From an uncultured Planctomycetota bacterium (GTDB lineage Bacteria; Planctomycetota; Planctomycetia; Pirellulales; Lacipirellulaceae): 64,000 nt of DNA. The notes under the pieces are model-generated. The model made no database searches. It had not been told where the DNA came from and worked only from the letters and a program-made list of their open reading frames with translations. Positions 29,665-39,830 of this stretch are shown here, in pieces (positions within the stretch are counted from its first letter, which is position 1; each line of letters opens with the position of its first letter). Location of the stretch: contig CAVRBU010000004.1 in the NCBI GenBank assembly GCA_963719315.1, forward strand, positions 704,001 to 768,000, written 5' to 3'. Both the position numbers and the translations under genes were made by a program.

Positions 29665-30594
29665 ATGAGACCAAATTCGCCGGCATGTCGCACTTCAATT
29701 TGCTTGATCTTATCACTCTGTTTCTGGACTGGCATTGTGGCCCACACGAATTGCGCAATCGCAGACGAAGAGCCGCCGTCCGTACACGAAGTGGGACAAA
29801 TCAAGCTGAAGCACCTAAGGGAACTCTCCGGAATCGCTGCGAGCAAACAGAATCCGGGAGTGTTGTGGGTACACAACGACGGAAGCTCCAAGATGCTGTT
29901 CGCTGTCGATACGTCCGGCAAGCCGGTCGCACTCGTAAACTGGCCGGGTGAGATCGAGGATTTCGAGGATATCGCGATCGGTCCCGGACCGAAAACCGGC
30001 GTCGATTATCTCTACATAGGAGATATTGGCGATAACACCGAACGCCGCCGAGAAATCCGCGTCGTGCGCTTTGCCGAACCACAGCTATCCGAGGCGAGTG
30101 GCGGCCAAATTACCGTGGAAGCGGCGGAAATCTTTCGCCTGGTCTATCCCGACGGGGCTCGCAATGCAGAGGCTTTGATGGTCGATCCCCAAAGCGGCGA
30201 TCTCTTCATCGTGACCAAGGAGAAGCGAACCGCGCGGCTGTTTACCGTTCCTGCCTCGCAATTGAAAGACAACGCCGTACAAACTCTCGCGCTCGTCGCC
30301 AACTTGGATATTCGCAACGTCTCGGGCGGGGATATTTCGCGCGATGGGAGTCGGATCATTCTCCGCCGAGAAGATCAAGGTTGGTTGTGGAGTCGAGCCC
30401 AAAACCAAAGCGTTGCCGCGGCGCTTCGTGCGACTCCCCAAGAGGTTCCCGTGCGCGGCAATCGGCAGGGACGGAACGGCGAAGCGGTCTCCTTTAGTCC
30501 AGGTGGGCTAAACTACTTCACCGCCAGCGAAGGCAAGCAGCCGATCATCTGCGAGTTTCCGCTGCCAAAGCCGGCCCCTGCCCCAGCACAATAA
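29665..30594 (+). CDS. Secreted beta-propeller-like hypothetical protein
   Basis: Signal peptide; ELSGIAAS, LWVHNDGS, DFEDIA, YIGDIGDN, YPDGARNAEAL, GEAVSF. Confidence 0.7.
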   Translation: MRPNSPACRTSICLILSLCFWTGIVAHTNCAIADEEPPSVHEVGQIKLKHLRELSGIAASKQNPGVLWVHNDGSSKMLFAVDTSGKPVALVNWPGEIEDFEDIAIGPGPKTGVDYLYIGDIGDNTERRREIRVVRFAEPQLSEASGGQITVEAAEIFRLVYPDGARNAEALMVDPQSGDLFIVTKEKRTARLFTVPASQLKDNAVQTLALVANLDIRNVSGGDISRDGSRIILRREDQGWLWSRAQNQSVAAALRATPQEVPVRGNRQGRNGEAVSFSPGGLNYFTASEGKQPIICEFPLPKPAPAPAQ

Positions 30595-30869
30595 ACTTTG
30601 TGCAGCGGACGGCCCCGCATCCCTTTCGGACAACCGGCAGCGGCTTCGTCTGGGCCGCCAGACTCGACTTCGCATGACGAACTCAAGGCCATTACCGGCG
30701 CCGAATTCTGGTAAGAGCGGGGGAGGAGATAATCTGGGACTTGCAATTATGAAGATATCGTGTGTATACTATGATCTTTTGAGGTGCTGTTAAGTAAAAT
30801 TCATTCGGACTTGGGAATTATTTGGCTTGATATTTCGTTCTTGAAGCGCGAAACGATGATCTCTCGCGG

Positions 30870-31003
30870 CTAGTGCTTTGTCACAGCTTGATTTTGGGAT
30901 TAGCCGCGGGGCGCTAGCCCCCGGTTGGAGCTGCACAAACCGGGGGCTAGCGCCCTGCGGCTGATGCGCCCAACCCCAATTTTTAGCTGTGACAAAGCAC
31001 TAG
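30870..31003. mobile_element. MITE-like element (134 bp) with CTAG-bounded terminal inverted repeats and an internal REP-like doublet
   Basis: Perfect 19-bp IR CTAGTGCTTTGTCACAGCT (30870-30888 / 30985-31003); inner 25-bp IR with one mismatch (30902-30926 / 30938-30962); no ORF. Confidence 0.75.
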
Positions 31004-31028
31004 GCCTCCAACAAGGAGGAAAAATCAG

Positions 31029-31967
31029 ATGCGATGCAAACATCGGTTACCGGGCTTTACGCTCGTGGAACTTCTAGTGGTGATCGCAATCGTTGGCGTG
31101 TTGCTGGCGATATTGCTCCCTGCGGTGCAGGCCGCTCGCGAATCCTCCCGCCGCGCGGCTTGTCAGAACAACTTGCATCAAATTGCGATCGGGTTGACTT
31201 CGTACGAATCCGCGAAAGGCAGATGGCCGCCGGGAAAGAAGTGGTCGGGATCGCCGACTCATCCAGCTTCTTTTGAGATGGCCTGGTCTTCGTTCTTGCT
31301 GGGGTTCATCGAGGAGCAGCCGCTTCACGACGCCATCAACTACAAAGTGAAGTTCACCGATCCGATTAATTTGCCGGCGACGACGCAGCTCATTCCGACT
31401 TATCTCTGTCCGAGCACGTCGCGCGTCGAGGATCATCGCACCGAAGACGGTCACCTCTACGATCTCGGCGGCATTCCGGGCGAGGGCCTGGCGTGCATCG
31501 ACTATATGGGCATTTCCGGTCCCTTCAAGGACGCGAAAAACCCCCTCACGAAGGTGATCTACGGCCGGGAACGGGGCGTATTGATTGGCACCAAGGGATT
31601 GCCGAGGGCGCCCGAACTGATCGAGCCGCCTCCGATCAGATCGAAGGATATCGTGGACGGGCTGTCTCACACGATGTGCGTTGTCGAATGCACGGGCCGC
31701 GGCGTCGGTCTCAAGCACGGCGTGCTCGACAATTACAACGGCGCATGGGCTTCCGGCAACAACGTCACGCACATCGACGGAGGGGTTAACAAAAGCGCAA
31801 AAAAAGCCTGGTATATGGAGCGAATCTTCTCGGAGCATCCGGGCGGTTCGTACATCATAATGTGCGACGCATCCGTGCAGTTCCTCAGCGACAAGACGAG
31901 CAATAAGGTGATTCACTGGCTGGCCTCCCGCGACGGCAGTGAGGATTTACCGACAGACGTGTTTTGA
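31029..31967 (+). CDS. DUF1559 prepilin-type N-terminal cleavage/methylation domain protein
   Basis: GFTLVELLVVIAIVGVLLAILLPAVQAARE, CQNNLHQI, IVDGLSHT, SEHPGGSYIIMCDASV; AGGAGG RBS. Confidence 0.95.
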   Translation: MRCKHRLPGFTLVELLVVIAIVGVLLAILLPAVQAARESSRRAACQNNLHQIAIGLTSYESAKGRWPPGKKWSGSPTHPASFEMAWSSFLLGFIEEQPLHDAINYKVKFTDPINLPATTQLIPTYLCPSTSRVEDHRTEDGHLYDLGGIPGEGLACIDYMGISGPFKDAKNPLTKVIYGRERGVLIGTKGLPRAPELIEPPPIRSKDIVDGLSHTMCVVECTGRGVGLKHGVLDNYNGAWASGNNVTHIDGGVNKSAKKAWYMERIFSEHPGGSYIIMCDASVQFLSDKTSNKVIHWLASRDGSEDLPTDVF

Positions 31968-32020
31968 GCGATTGGGATTTATTCGTGGCCGGGCAGCGAA
32001 ACTTCGAATGACGGGTAAAT

Positions 32021-32781
32021 ATGGCAGCGTCTGAGGTCTATCGATTCGAGCGGAAATACGTCGTCACCGAGTCGGCGGCCGACGCGATTCGCCGGTTTGT
32101 AACCAGCTACTTGGAGCTTGACGAGTACATGGCTGGCAAAGGGCCGACTGGTTATCGAATCTACAGCTTGTATTTCGATACGCCGGATTTCGCCCTCTAT
32201 CGGCAAACCATGGGGGGACTCAAGAATCGCTACAAGTTGCGAATTCGATTCTACGATGAGAACGCGTTTAGCCCCGCATTTCTGGAAGTCAAGCGGCGGA
32301 CTACCGAAACGATTCACAAACTGCGCACGATGGTGAGCAAGCGTGCCGCCGAAAAGCTGCTGGGCGGCGCAGGCTGAAGTCGGCGGATTTGCTTTCGCCC
32401 AACGAAGCCTCGGTTCGTGCTCTCGACGAGTTCTGCAATCGCCGCGAACAGATTCGCCTGGAGGGCGCGGCTTATGTGTGTTACCAGCGCGAAGCCTATG
32501 TGTCGCACGCCGCCGAAGGCCTCCGCGTTACGTTCGACCGCCAAATCGTCGGCCAGAGCTATCACTCGGATTGCAGCCTGGCGATCCCCGAGCAGCAAGT
32601 ACCGATTGCGCCCAAAGGGGTCGTCCTGGAGCTGAAGTACAACGGCCGCATTCCGCAGTGGATGCACGATCTCGTCGCTTCCTTCCGATTGGAGCGAACC
32701 CCTTTTTCGAAATACGTATATTGCACCGACGCACTGCGAAATGTTGCATTGCGGGCCAACCTTCGTGTCCGGAGCGCGTAA
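32021..32781 (+). CDS. VTC (polyphosphate polymerase-like) domain protein, apparent frameshift near 32372
   Basis: RFERKY, IYSLYFDT, RYKLRIRFY, LEVKR; second frame YQREAY, LRVTFDR, VLELKY, FSKY. Confidence 0.88.
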
Positions 32782-32783
32782 AT

Positions 32784-33473
32784 ATGAATTTCATGGAGCT
32801 GTTGCGATATGGCGATCCAGGCACTGCGCCGCAAATTCAGACCATCGTGCTGTCCCTGTTACTGGCATTCGTGATTGGCCAGGTGATCGGCTGGACCTAC
32901 ATGCTGACGCACACGACTCCATCCTACTCGTCGTCGTTTGTGGCCTCGCTGGTTGTCTTGCCGGTGATTGTTGCGTTGATGATGATTTTGTTGACCGGCA
33001 GCCTGGTGATCGCCTTTGGATTACTGGCCGTGTTCGCCGTCGTACGGTTTCGCAATGTTTTGAAAGACACGCGCGACACGACGTATATCATGTGGGCGAT
33101 CGTGGAAGGCATGGCAATGGGCATCTTCCACTACTCCACGGCCGTGGTCGGCGCCGGATGCGTACTGTTCGTCCTCTTGTATCTGTGGCTCACCGAGTTC
33201 GGCGTCCGGCACCGTTTCGACGCCGCCCTGTCGGTCTCTGTACCCACGGATTCCGGCGCCACGCGCGAGAAGATCGAGCAGATCCTCCTTCGCTTTTCCG
33301 ATCGCATTCTCCTGACGGGCGAGCGGCTGAGCTTCGATGCCCGCCAGGTGTTGAGCTACAGGTTGTTGTTGCGTGATCCGGCCCGACGCGGCGAGCTTCG
33401 CGACGACCTGGCTACCGCCGGTGACGTGCAGGAATTGTCCTTCTACCTGCAGGAAGACGAATCGGAATTGTAA
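32784..33473 (+). CDS. DUF4956 family membrane protein
   Basis: YSSSFVASLVVL, AFGLLAVFAVVRFRNVLKDTRD, GMAMG; usual partner downstream of VTC genes. Confidence 0.85.
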   Translation: MNFMELLRYGDPGTAPQIQTIVLSLLLAFVIGQVIGWTYMLTHTTPSYSSSFVASLVVLPVIVALMMILLTGSLVIAFGLLAVFAVVRFRNVLKDTRDTTYIMWAIVEGMAMGIFHYSTAVVGAGCVLFVLLYLWLTEFGVRHRFDAALSVSVPTDSGATREKIEQILLRFSDRILLTGERLSFDARQVLSYRLLLRDPARRGELRDDLATAGDVQELSFYLQEDESEL

Positions 33474-33515
33474 TACGCGTTCCTCTCTCTCGATTGGATT
33501 ATTGGAATAGCTGAT

Positions 33516-34523
33516 ATGACCCAAGAAAAACGCATCCCGTTGTCCCGGACTGTTCGTTTGCGGAGGATTCGCAATCAGGCGGTGCCGGTTCTATCGTTTT
33601 TTGTGGCGGCTATCGCTAGTATCTGGCTCTGGCAAGATTATGGCGGCATGGCTCAAGGCGTGGGCGAAGTGGACTCGCCCCACGTCGATGTCACCAGCCC
33701 GACCGCGGGATTGGTTCTCTCGCTTCCCCACCAGGCCCGTGGGCAATGGCTGGTTTACGACCGCGTGCAGGCCGGCGACATCATTGCCCGCATCGAGGAC
33801 CAGCAACTTGAGAACAGCAAGAATCTGTTGCAGCAAGAGGTCATGAAATTGCTCGACGAGGTCACGCTCGAGTCCGATGCGGTCGGCGCGGGCGGCGACG
33901 CGGTCGCCAACGAGGGCGTCCAGGGCGTTTGGCAATTCGAGAGATCGCGGTTGCTGTCGCTCGACGACCTATTGTCGCCTGAGTTCCAAGATACGCCCGT
34001 TGAAAGTCTCGCCCCGGTTTCTTCGCCACCCGAGCTACCGGCGACCGCCTCCGTGGCTACTCGCGACGCACTGGCCCGGATTCGTGAAACTCGACGTGGG
34101 CTCGAACTCCGTTCGAAAGAGATTCGTCGATCCGCCAAGGCGCTGGAACTTCAGTCGCCGATCAGCGGAACGTTGGTGGCCGTTCACTGTTGGCCCGGTC
34201 AAACCGTGCCCACTGGTGGGCGGATCGCGACGATCGCGGCCGATTACGGCCGGCATATCGTCAGTTACATTCCCGAGGGAAGTCCGCTCGTGGCCAGACC
34301 GGGAATGCAAGTCACGCTACGGACTCGCGCGGCGGGCGCGCGGCGGTTGACCAGCGTGGTGGAGCAAGTGGGCCGGCGGGTCGAACGGATTCCCGCTCAT
34401 CAGATTGCCGCTTCCAAAACACAACTGTGGGGCACGCCGGTCCGCATCAAGATGCCCGCGGATGACCTGTTGCAACCGGGCGCCTTGGTGGACGTGGTTT
34501 ATAGCAGTTCCTCCGTGCACTAA
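33516..34523 (+). CDS. HlyD-like periplasmic adaptor protein
   Basis: N-terminal TM, VTSPTAGLV...VQAGDIIAR lipoyl half-motif, coiled coil, LQSPISGTL...PGQTV, LQPGALVDV. Confidence 0.75.
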   Translation: MTQEKRIPLSRTVRLRRIRNQAVPVLSFFVAAIASIWLWQDYGGMAQGVGEVDSPHVDVTSPTAGLVLSLPHQARGQWLVYDRVQAGDIIARIEDQQLENSKNLLQQEVMKLLDEVTLESDAVGAGGDAVANEGVQGVWQFERSRLLSLDDLLSPEFQDTPVESLAPVSSPPELPATASVATRDALARIRETRRGLELRSKEIRRSAKALELQSPISGTLVAVHCWPGQTVPTGGRIATIAADYGRHIVSYIPEGSPLVARPGMQVTLRTRAAGARRLTSVVEQVGRRVERIPAHQIAASKTQLWGTPVRIKMPADDLLQPGALVDVVYSSSSVH

Positions 34524-34631
34524 CGGGACCAGGGTCGAGGGTCGCACTACCCATGACCGAAGTTTGCCCGCCCCACGCCGCCGCTGAGATGACGCAAGCG
34601 AAAAGAAGTCTGCCTGAATCAAACAACTTTG

Positions 34632-35935
34632 ATGAACAAAATGAACAAAATACTCAAACTGTGTTTAATGCAATTGATCGTGGTCGGACTAATTGCGTCA
34701 TTTGCAAAAGTGGCGCCGGCCGACGTGTATATCAACGAAATCTTCTTTAATCCACCCAGCACGCTCGATTTGACGAGTGAGTATATCGAGTTGCGGGGTA
34801 CACCGAGCATGTCGCTCGCGAACCATTATTTGATCTTCATCGAGAACGCGGATAACAGTTTCCACACCGGTAGCGCCGGCAACATCGAGCATATCTTCAA
34901 CCTGAGCACCGCTCCCTGGGAACGAACGGGTATCTCACCATTCGTCAAAAGGGCAATCCCTACCCGAACCCACCCGCGGGAACGACGAATCTCGTGAACA
35001 CAGGCAACGGAGCAGGCTTTGGTTCCGGCACCTCTGGTTCCAACAGCTCCTCGGTCGGCGCCTCCGATGAAAATGCCAACGGCGAAATCGAAAGCGGCTT
35101 TTCCGCCATGCTAATTCGCGTCAACGCCGGCGGCCTGGCCCCGACGCTCGGATTTGACCTCGATGTCGGCAATAATGGTTTGGATATTCCCACCGGCCGG
35201 GCGAATTGGACCATCCTCGACAGTATTGGCTTCACCGAGCCCGCCGAAGCCTACACCGCCCGTTACTATGCGAAGGTCAATTTTGGACCCGAGCTGCCCG
35301 ATCTCAACCCGTCGAGCCCAACTTACTTCGATCCGTCCCAACATTTGGAGCCGGGGGCCACGTATTCTGGTCTCGGTTTCGAGAGTGAGCTCGCCGCCCG
35401 ATGGGGAAATTCGACCGGCCAGACGGCCTCAGATTGGCATGTGGCCGGCGTGACCGACAACGCAGGGTCGGGCTATCAGGCCGGCTCCCCGAATTATCGT
35501 CAGTCCACGAACGAGGTCGATCCCCCGCCCAACGCCGTAAACCTGCCCCCGTCGCCGATGCCTGCGACGGTCACGTCGAATCATGCGGTCCCTTACGGCA
35601 CGATTCTCACCAACACGCTGGGTGCCCCGAATTTCATGCTCGGTGACTATAACAAGGACGGAAAAGTCAACGCGGCTGACTATGTCGTGTGGCGAAACAC
35701 GGTGGGTCAAACCGGCTCCGACCTGGTCGATCACCCGGCCGACGGAGATCACAATTACGTCGTTGGCTCGAACGATTACAACGTCTGGAGATCGCACTTT
35801 GGTCAACCATCAGGCAGCGGTGCGGGCGCCGCAGTGCTCGCGTCCACGGTCCCTGAACCGGCGGGTTGGTATTTGGCGATGTGGGCTGCTTTCGCAGCGA
35901 TAGGGTTGAGACAGAATCGCGCCGCCATCGCTTAA
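34632..35935 (+). CDS. Secreted PEP-CTERM protein with lamin-tail-like N-terminus and dockerin-like motif, apparent frameshift near 34909
   Basis: Signal peptide, VYINEIFFNPP...EYIELRG; GDYNKDGKVNAADYVVWRN; C-terminal VPEP + TM + R. Confidence 0.82.
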
Positions 35936-36006
35936 CGACCCGACATTCTTCAAACGCTCGCGCCGCGCTACGCACTTTAAAAAATCACTTCGGTATGTTG
36001 GGCGAC

Positions 36007-37149
36007 CTAAGCGAAGTGATCTTCAGGGCGGATCGACGGCAGCGCCCCGATGCCGGGTGATCGCTTTTGCCAAGGGCTACGCTGCCAATTATCCACCGGC
36101 ACCTCCTCGGCGATGATCGGCGGCAAAGCGAACTCGAAGTACTGCGAGAGTGCTACCAGAAACGGCTCGTACATCTGGCGGAGCTCGCTGAGTCGCGTGA
36201 AGGAAGCGTCGGTGCAATCCACGCGCAAGCCCGCGTCATGCAACTCGTTCAGAAACTTGTGATAGCGCTCGTTCGACAGGCGGTCCTCAATCCTCTCAGG
36301 TTGGCGCGCATGAAAGATGAGGGCTAGATCGACGGCAGCATGACGCGCCATCGCAAACGTAATTTGCAATTGGTGGCGGTTAACGTCGGGAAAATTTCCC
36401 AAGAGCACCGAGCAGGTGTCGAGAATCACCGCCAGGCCGGCTAGCCAGTTCTGATTGTCGTGCTGCGAGCGATAGAACGCCAAGAAGGGAAACGAAAGCT
36501 GGCTTTCCAGCAACTCGGCGGCCCACCGCTCCCACTCCACCAGTAATGGTTCGATTTGAGAGACCGTGCCTGTCGTGGCGAAGCGACGAATCAATTCGCC
36601 GGCGGTAGGGGGCGAACCGGCGCGGGCGTCGAGCAGCGCAATGTCCCGCTCGCGGCGCGAAAAAGCCTGATAGAGCACTGGCAGGTAGCCGATCACGACG
36701 GCCATGAAGCCGAAACCGACGCCGGATTCCAGCACGCTCAAGAAACGCCCCGCCCAGCTCGTGGGAGAAATATCGCCATAACCAAGCGTGAAAAAAGTCT
36801 CGCCGCTGAGGTACATGCAGGCGGAAAAACTGGGTGCCCCTGGGGAATTGCCAAGCGGCGCAGCGAGCGCCCAGTGCAAAGCGGCAAAGGCGAAGATTAG
36901 CGCGGCCGCCCACGTAGTTAACAACCCCAACAAAGAGAACGGGCCAAACCAACTCAACAAATGTTGCCGCATCGCGCCGCGAACAAAAAAGTCGGCCCCG
37001 CCGCGCCAAGCCTTCCAGGATGTGCGGTAAAACAACCGCGCCGGCCGAAGTTTGCGCATCGCCCGCCGCGGCAACACCAGTGCCTCGAACGCATCGACCA
37101 GAACCAGGAGCATGATCGCAACGGCAAACGCTGCTGCTAGGAGTCGCAT
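36007..37149 (-). CDS. Potassium channel family protein
   Basis: Pore/selectivity motif YLSGETFFTLGYGD flanked by TM helices. Confidence 0.85.
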   Translation of the reverse strand: MRLLAAAFAVAIMLLVLVDAFEALVLPRRAMRKLRPARLFYRTSWKAWRGGADFFVRGAMRQHLLSWFGPFSLLGLLTTWAAALIFAFAALHWALAAPLGNSPGAPSFSACMYLSGETFFTLGYGDISPTSWAGRFLSVLESGVGFGFMAVVIGYLPVLYQAFSRRERDIALLDARAGSPPTAGELIRRFATTGTVSQIEPLLVEWERWAAELLESQLSFPFLAFYRSQHDNQNWLAGLAVILDTCSVLLGNFPDVNRHQLQITFAMARHAAVDLALIFHARQPERIEDRLSNERYHKFLNELHDAGLRVDCTDASFTRLSELRQMYEPFLVALSQYFEFALPPIIAEEVPVDNWQRSPWQKRSPGIGALPSIRPEDHFA

Positions 37150-37219
37150 AGTTCCTCAACGACGCATTATATCGCGATGACGCCCATTTTCGTGGTCCCA
37201 TCATACCGCGCGAACGTCG

Positions 37220-37936
37220 TCAGGCGAGGTCGAAGTACAAGAGTTGGCTTTCTTCGCTGGCCGTGACGGTTAATTTTTCCGGACCTGAGAAGGTGATCGC
37301 GTCGCCGGACGTAAGCGTCGTCTGCTCCACTTGGACCGAGCCGTACGCGATGTGGACATACGCATAACGGTTCGGAGCCAGATTCAGGGTGACCTGCTGC
37401 CCGCTGCCGACTTCGGCGACATTTAGGACCGCGTCCTGGTGGATGCGCAGCGATTCATAGCGACCATCGGGGCTGGCCAGAACTTGCCACTTTCCGCGAC
37501 GGCCCTCCCGTTCGAAGGCCTTTTGCGTGTACTCCGGCGGCAGATGCAGCTTATCGGGCTCGATCCAGATTTGCAGCAGGTGCACTCGGTCCGTTGGCGA
37601 GTCGTTCACCTCGCTGTGGTGGATGCCGCGGCCGGCGGTCATGGCTTGCAATTCGCCGGGGCGAAGCTCGCCGTCGCTGCCCGTGCTGTCGCGATGGCGA
37701 AGCGTGCCTTCGAGGACCCACGTGAGTATCTCCATGTTTTTGTGCCCGTGCTCGCCGAAACCGGAGGACGGTTCGATGACGTCGTCGTTGATCACGCGCA
37801 GCAAACGGTAGCCGAGGTTTTCCGGATCGTAGTACCGGCCAAACGAGAACGAGTGCCGGCCGTGCAGCCAGCGGAGCTCGGTTTTGCCGCGGTCTTCGGC
37901 CCGTCGAATGGCGAGCGAGTTGGTTGTCGTGGACAT
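37220..37936 (-). CDS. Pirin family protein (YhhW-like)
   Basis: HSFSFGRYYDP, LRVINDD, GFGEHGHKNMEI, HRDSTG, AGRGIHHSE, LLQIWI. Confidence 0.95.
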   Translation of the reverse strand: MSTTTNSLAIRRAEDRGKTELRWLHGRHSFSFGRYYDPENLGYRLLRVINDDVIEPSSGFGEHGHKNMEILTWVLEGTLRHRDSTGSDGELRPGELQAMTAGRGIHHSEVNDSPTDRVHLLQIWIEPDKLHLPPEYTQKAFEREGRRGKWQVLASPDGRYESLRIHQDAVLNVAEVGSGQQVTLNLAPNRYAYVHIAYGSVQVEQTTLTSGDAITFSGPEKLTVTASEESQLLYFDLA

Positions 37937-37973
37937 TGCTTGTTCCTTTTCTTTTGCAAACGAAGAATCACAA

Positions 37974-38036
37974 AACCGTCAAGCCGCCAAGAACTACCAA
38001 AGAGATCTTGGCGTGCTTGGCGTCCCTTACGGTTTC
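37974..38036. repeat. AACCGCCAAG...CTTGGCG inverted-repeat element, copy 2
   Basis: AACCGTCAAGCCGCCAAGAACTACCAAAGAGATCTTGGCGTGCTTGGCGTCCCTTACGGTTT in the pirin/HxlR intergenic region. Confidence 0.55.
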
Positions 38037-38128
38037 ATTCATACTGTACTTCTATGCGCGTACTGTCGCACGAACAAGAATGCACCTTTTTGTGAGTGAG
38101 TAACCGAAAAGTTACCAGGTAACTTGCT

Positions 38129-38458
38129 ATGCCCAAGAAAGCAGTCGGCTGTGCGGTGGAAACGGCGATTGAAATCATCGGCGGGCGATGGAAGGTGCTG
38201 ATTCTTCAAGAGCTGTTTGGCGGGACACGGCGGTTCAGCGAACTGCACCGGGCGCTCGCTGGAGTCTCACACCGGACACTTACGCAACAACTTCGCGAGC
38301 TGGAAGCCCACGGTATCCTCCGCCGCAAAATTCATCGGCAGATCCCCCCGAAGGTTGAGTATTCGCTAACACCGCTGGGTGAGACGCTGCGGCCGGTAAT
38401 TGGCGTCATGCATGATTGGGCGGAGGAATATAGCCGCACCAGGTTAAAGAAGCGTTAA
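38129..38458 (+). CDS. HxlR family transcriptional regulator
   Basis: CAVETAIEIIGGRWK, RRFSEL, LTQQLRELE, PPKVEYSLT; divergent from pirin. Confidence 0.95.
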   Translation: MPKKAVGCAVETAIEIIGGRWKVLILQELFGGTRRFSELHRALAGVSHRTLTQQLRELEAHGILRRKIHRQIPPKVEYSLTPLGETLRPVIGVMHDWAEEYSRTRLKKR

Positions 38459-38795
38459 ACGCAGACTGTTTATTGATGCGTTGCAATCAAGCGACAAGAT
38501 TGTTGATGGCAAAGCATTCAGCGCGGACGGCTGGCGACCACGTGTCTAGCTGGTTTCTTGAGTTGCCCCGCAATGAGCCGGGCCTCCCGAAGCTCGACCA
38601 CAGCCTCCCAATCGACATCGGCTAAGGAAATTAGCCGGTGCATCGCATTGCGAATTGCCGCGCGGTATAATCGCGGCCTCTTATCCACGCACGATGCGCC
38701 GCGGAAACCAGAGATTGGGCGGTTCCCTGGCAACTTGGACGCTCACCACTTAGCGGTAGTCCATCATCACGTCACTTCAACGAATTGGAGGAAAT

Positions 38796-39722
38796 ATGCG
38801 AACGAATCTCCCGACGACATTTGTTCGAGCTGCGATTCTGGGAGCTGCATTCCTAAGCCTCAATGGGCCTGCACTTGCCGACCAGGCGGCGGACGAGTCC
38901 GCAATTCGCGCGAATGCCGAGAAATACGTCGAGTCGTACAACCGTCGCGACTCCAGGACGATGGCCTCGATGTGGTCGCCCGACGCCGTTTACACGGACG
39001 GATCGACCGGCGAAGCCATCGTGGGGCAAGCCGCAATCGCCAAGCAACTCGATGATGTGTTCGCGGGGGCGGAGGACGCGAAATTGAAGGTGACTATTGA
39101 CTCGATCGATTTCGTTTCGCCGAACGTGGCGATTGAAAAGGGAACAGCCGAGGTCACTTATTCCAAATCGCCGACGGAAAAAACCGAATACACGGCCGTG
39201 CACGTCAAACGCGACGGCAAGTGGATGCTGGATCGCGTAACGGACACGGAGATCGATGACAAACCGGCGGAACCGCCGCCGTCGAATTACGAACATTTGA
39301 AAGAATTGGAATGGATGATCGGCTCGTGGATCGATCGGGACGAAACCGCCACGATTGAAACCGATTGCGAATGGTGCAAAAACCGCAATTTCATGACGCG
39401 ATCGTTCGCCGTCGTCATTGGTGACCAGGTGAGCAAGTCCGGCATGCAGATCGTAGGTTGGGATCCGGTGAGCAAGCAAATCCGCTCCTGGGTGTTCGAC
39501 TCCGACGGCGGTTTTTCCCAAGGAACGTGGACTCGCAAGGACCAGAAATGGATGGTGCAACAAACGGGCACGCTGCCCGATGGCGGCAAGACCTCGGCCC
39601 TCAATATCTTCACGCACGTCGATGATGACTCGTTCACCTGGCAATCGATCAACCGCCAGGTCGATGGCGAGATGCTGCCGAACATCGATGAGGTCCTGAT
39701 TTCTCGCAAAACTGCCGATTGA
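38796..39722 (+). CDS. Secreted NTF2-like (DUF4440/SgcJ-EcaC) domain protein
   Basis: Signal peptide, DESAIRA...YNRRD, YTAVHVKRDGKW, LEWMIGSW, IVGWDP...IRSWVFDSDGG. Confidence 0.8.
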   Translation: MRTNLPTTFVRAAILGAAFLSLNGPALADQAADESAIRANAEKYVESYNRRDSRTMASMWSPDAVYTDGSTGEAIVGQAAIAKQLDDVFAGAEDAKLKVTIDSIDFVSPNVAIEKGTAEVTYSKSPTEKTEYTAVHVKRDGKWMLDRVTDTEIDDKPAEPPPSNYEHLKELEWMIGSWIDRDETATIETDCEWCKNRNFMTRSFAVVIGDQVSKSGMQIVGWDPVSKQIRSWVFDSDGGFSQGTWTRKDQKWMVQQTGTLPDGGKTSALNIFTHVDDDSFTWQSINRQVDGEMLPNIDEVLISRKTAD

Positions 39723-39830
39723 ATCGAGCCGTGGGAGGTGTCTCCGACGCCGTTGCGCTTTGCATTGCTTTGAATGAGCGTCGAGTTCGAAAAAGCCTCC
39801 CACTCAAAATCAACGAAGAAGGAGTCAAAT

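Noticed and set aside
32360..32385. Programmed ribosomal frameshifting in the VTC gene or other split genes
   Set aside because: No slippery heptamers at the breaks, and the pattern across unrelated genes fits sequencing error.
32343..32783. 376-aa ORF suggesting a long N-terminal extension on DUF4956
   Set aside because: The extension is an alternative frame over the VTC gene; the real start is about 32784.
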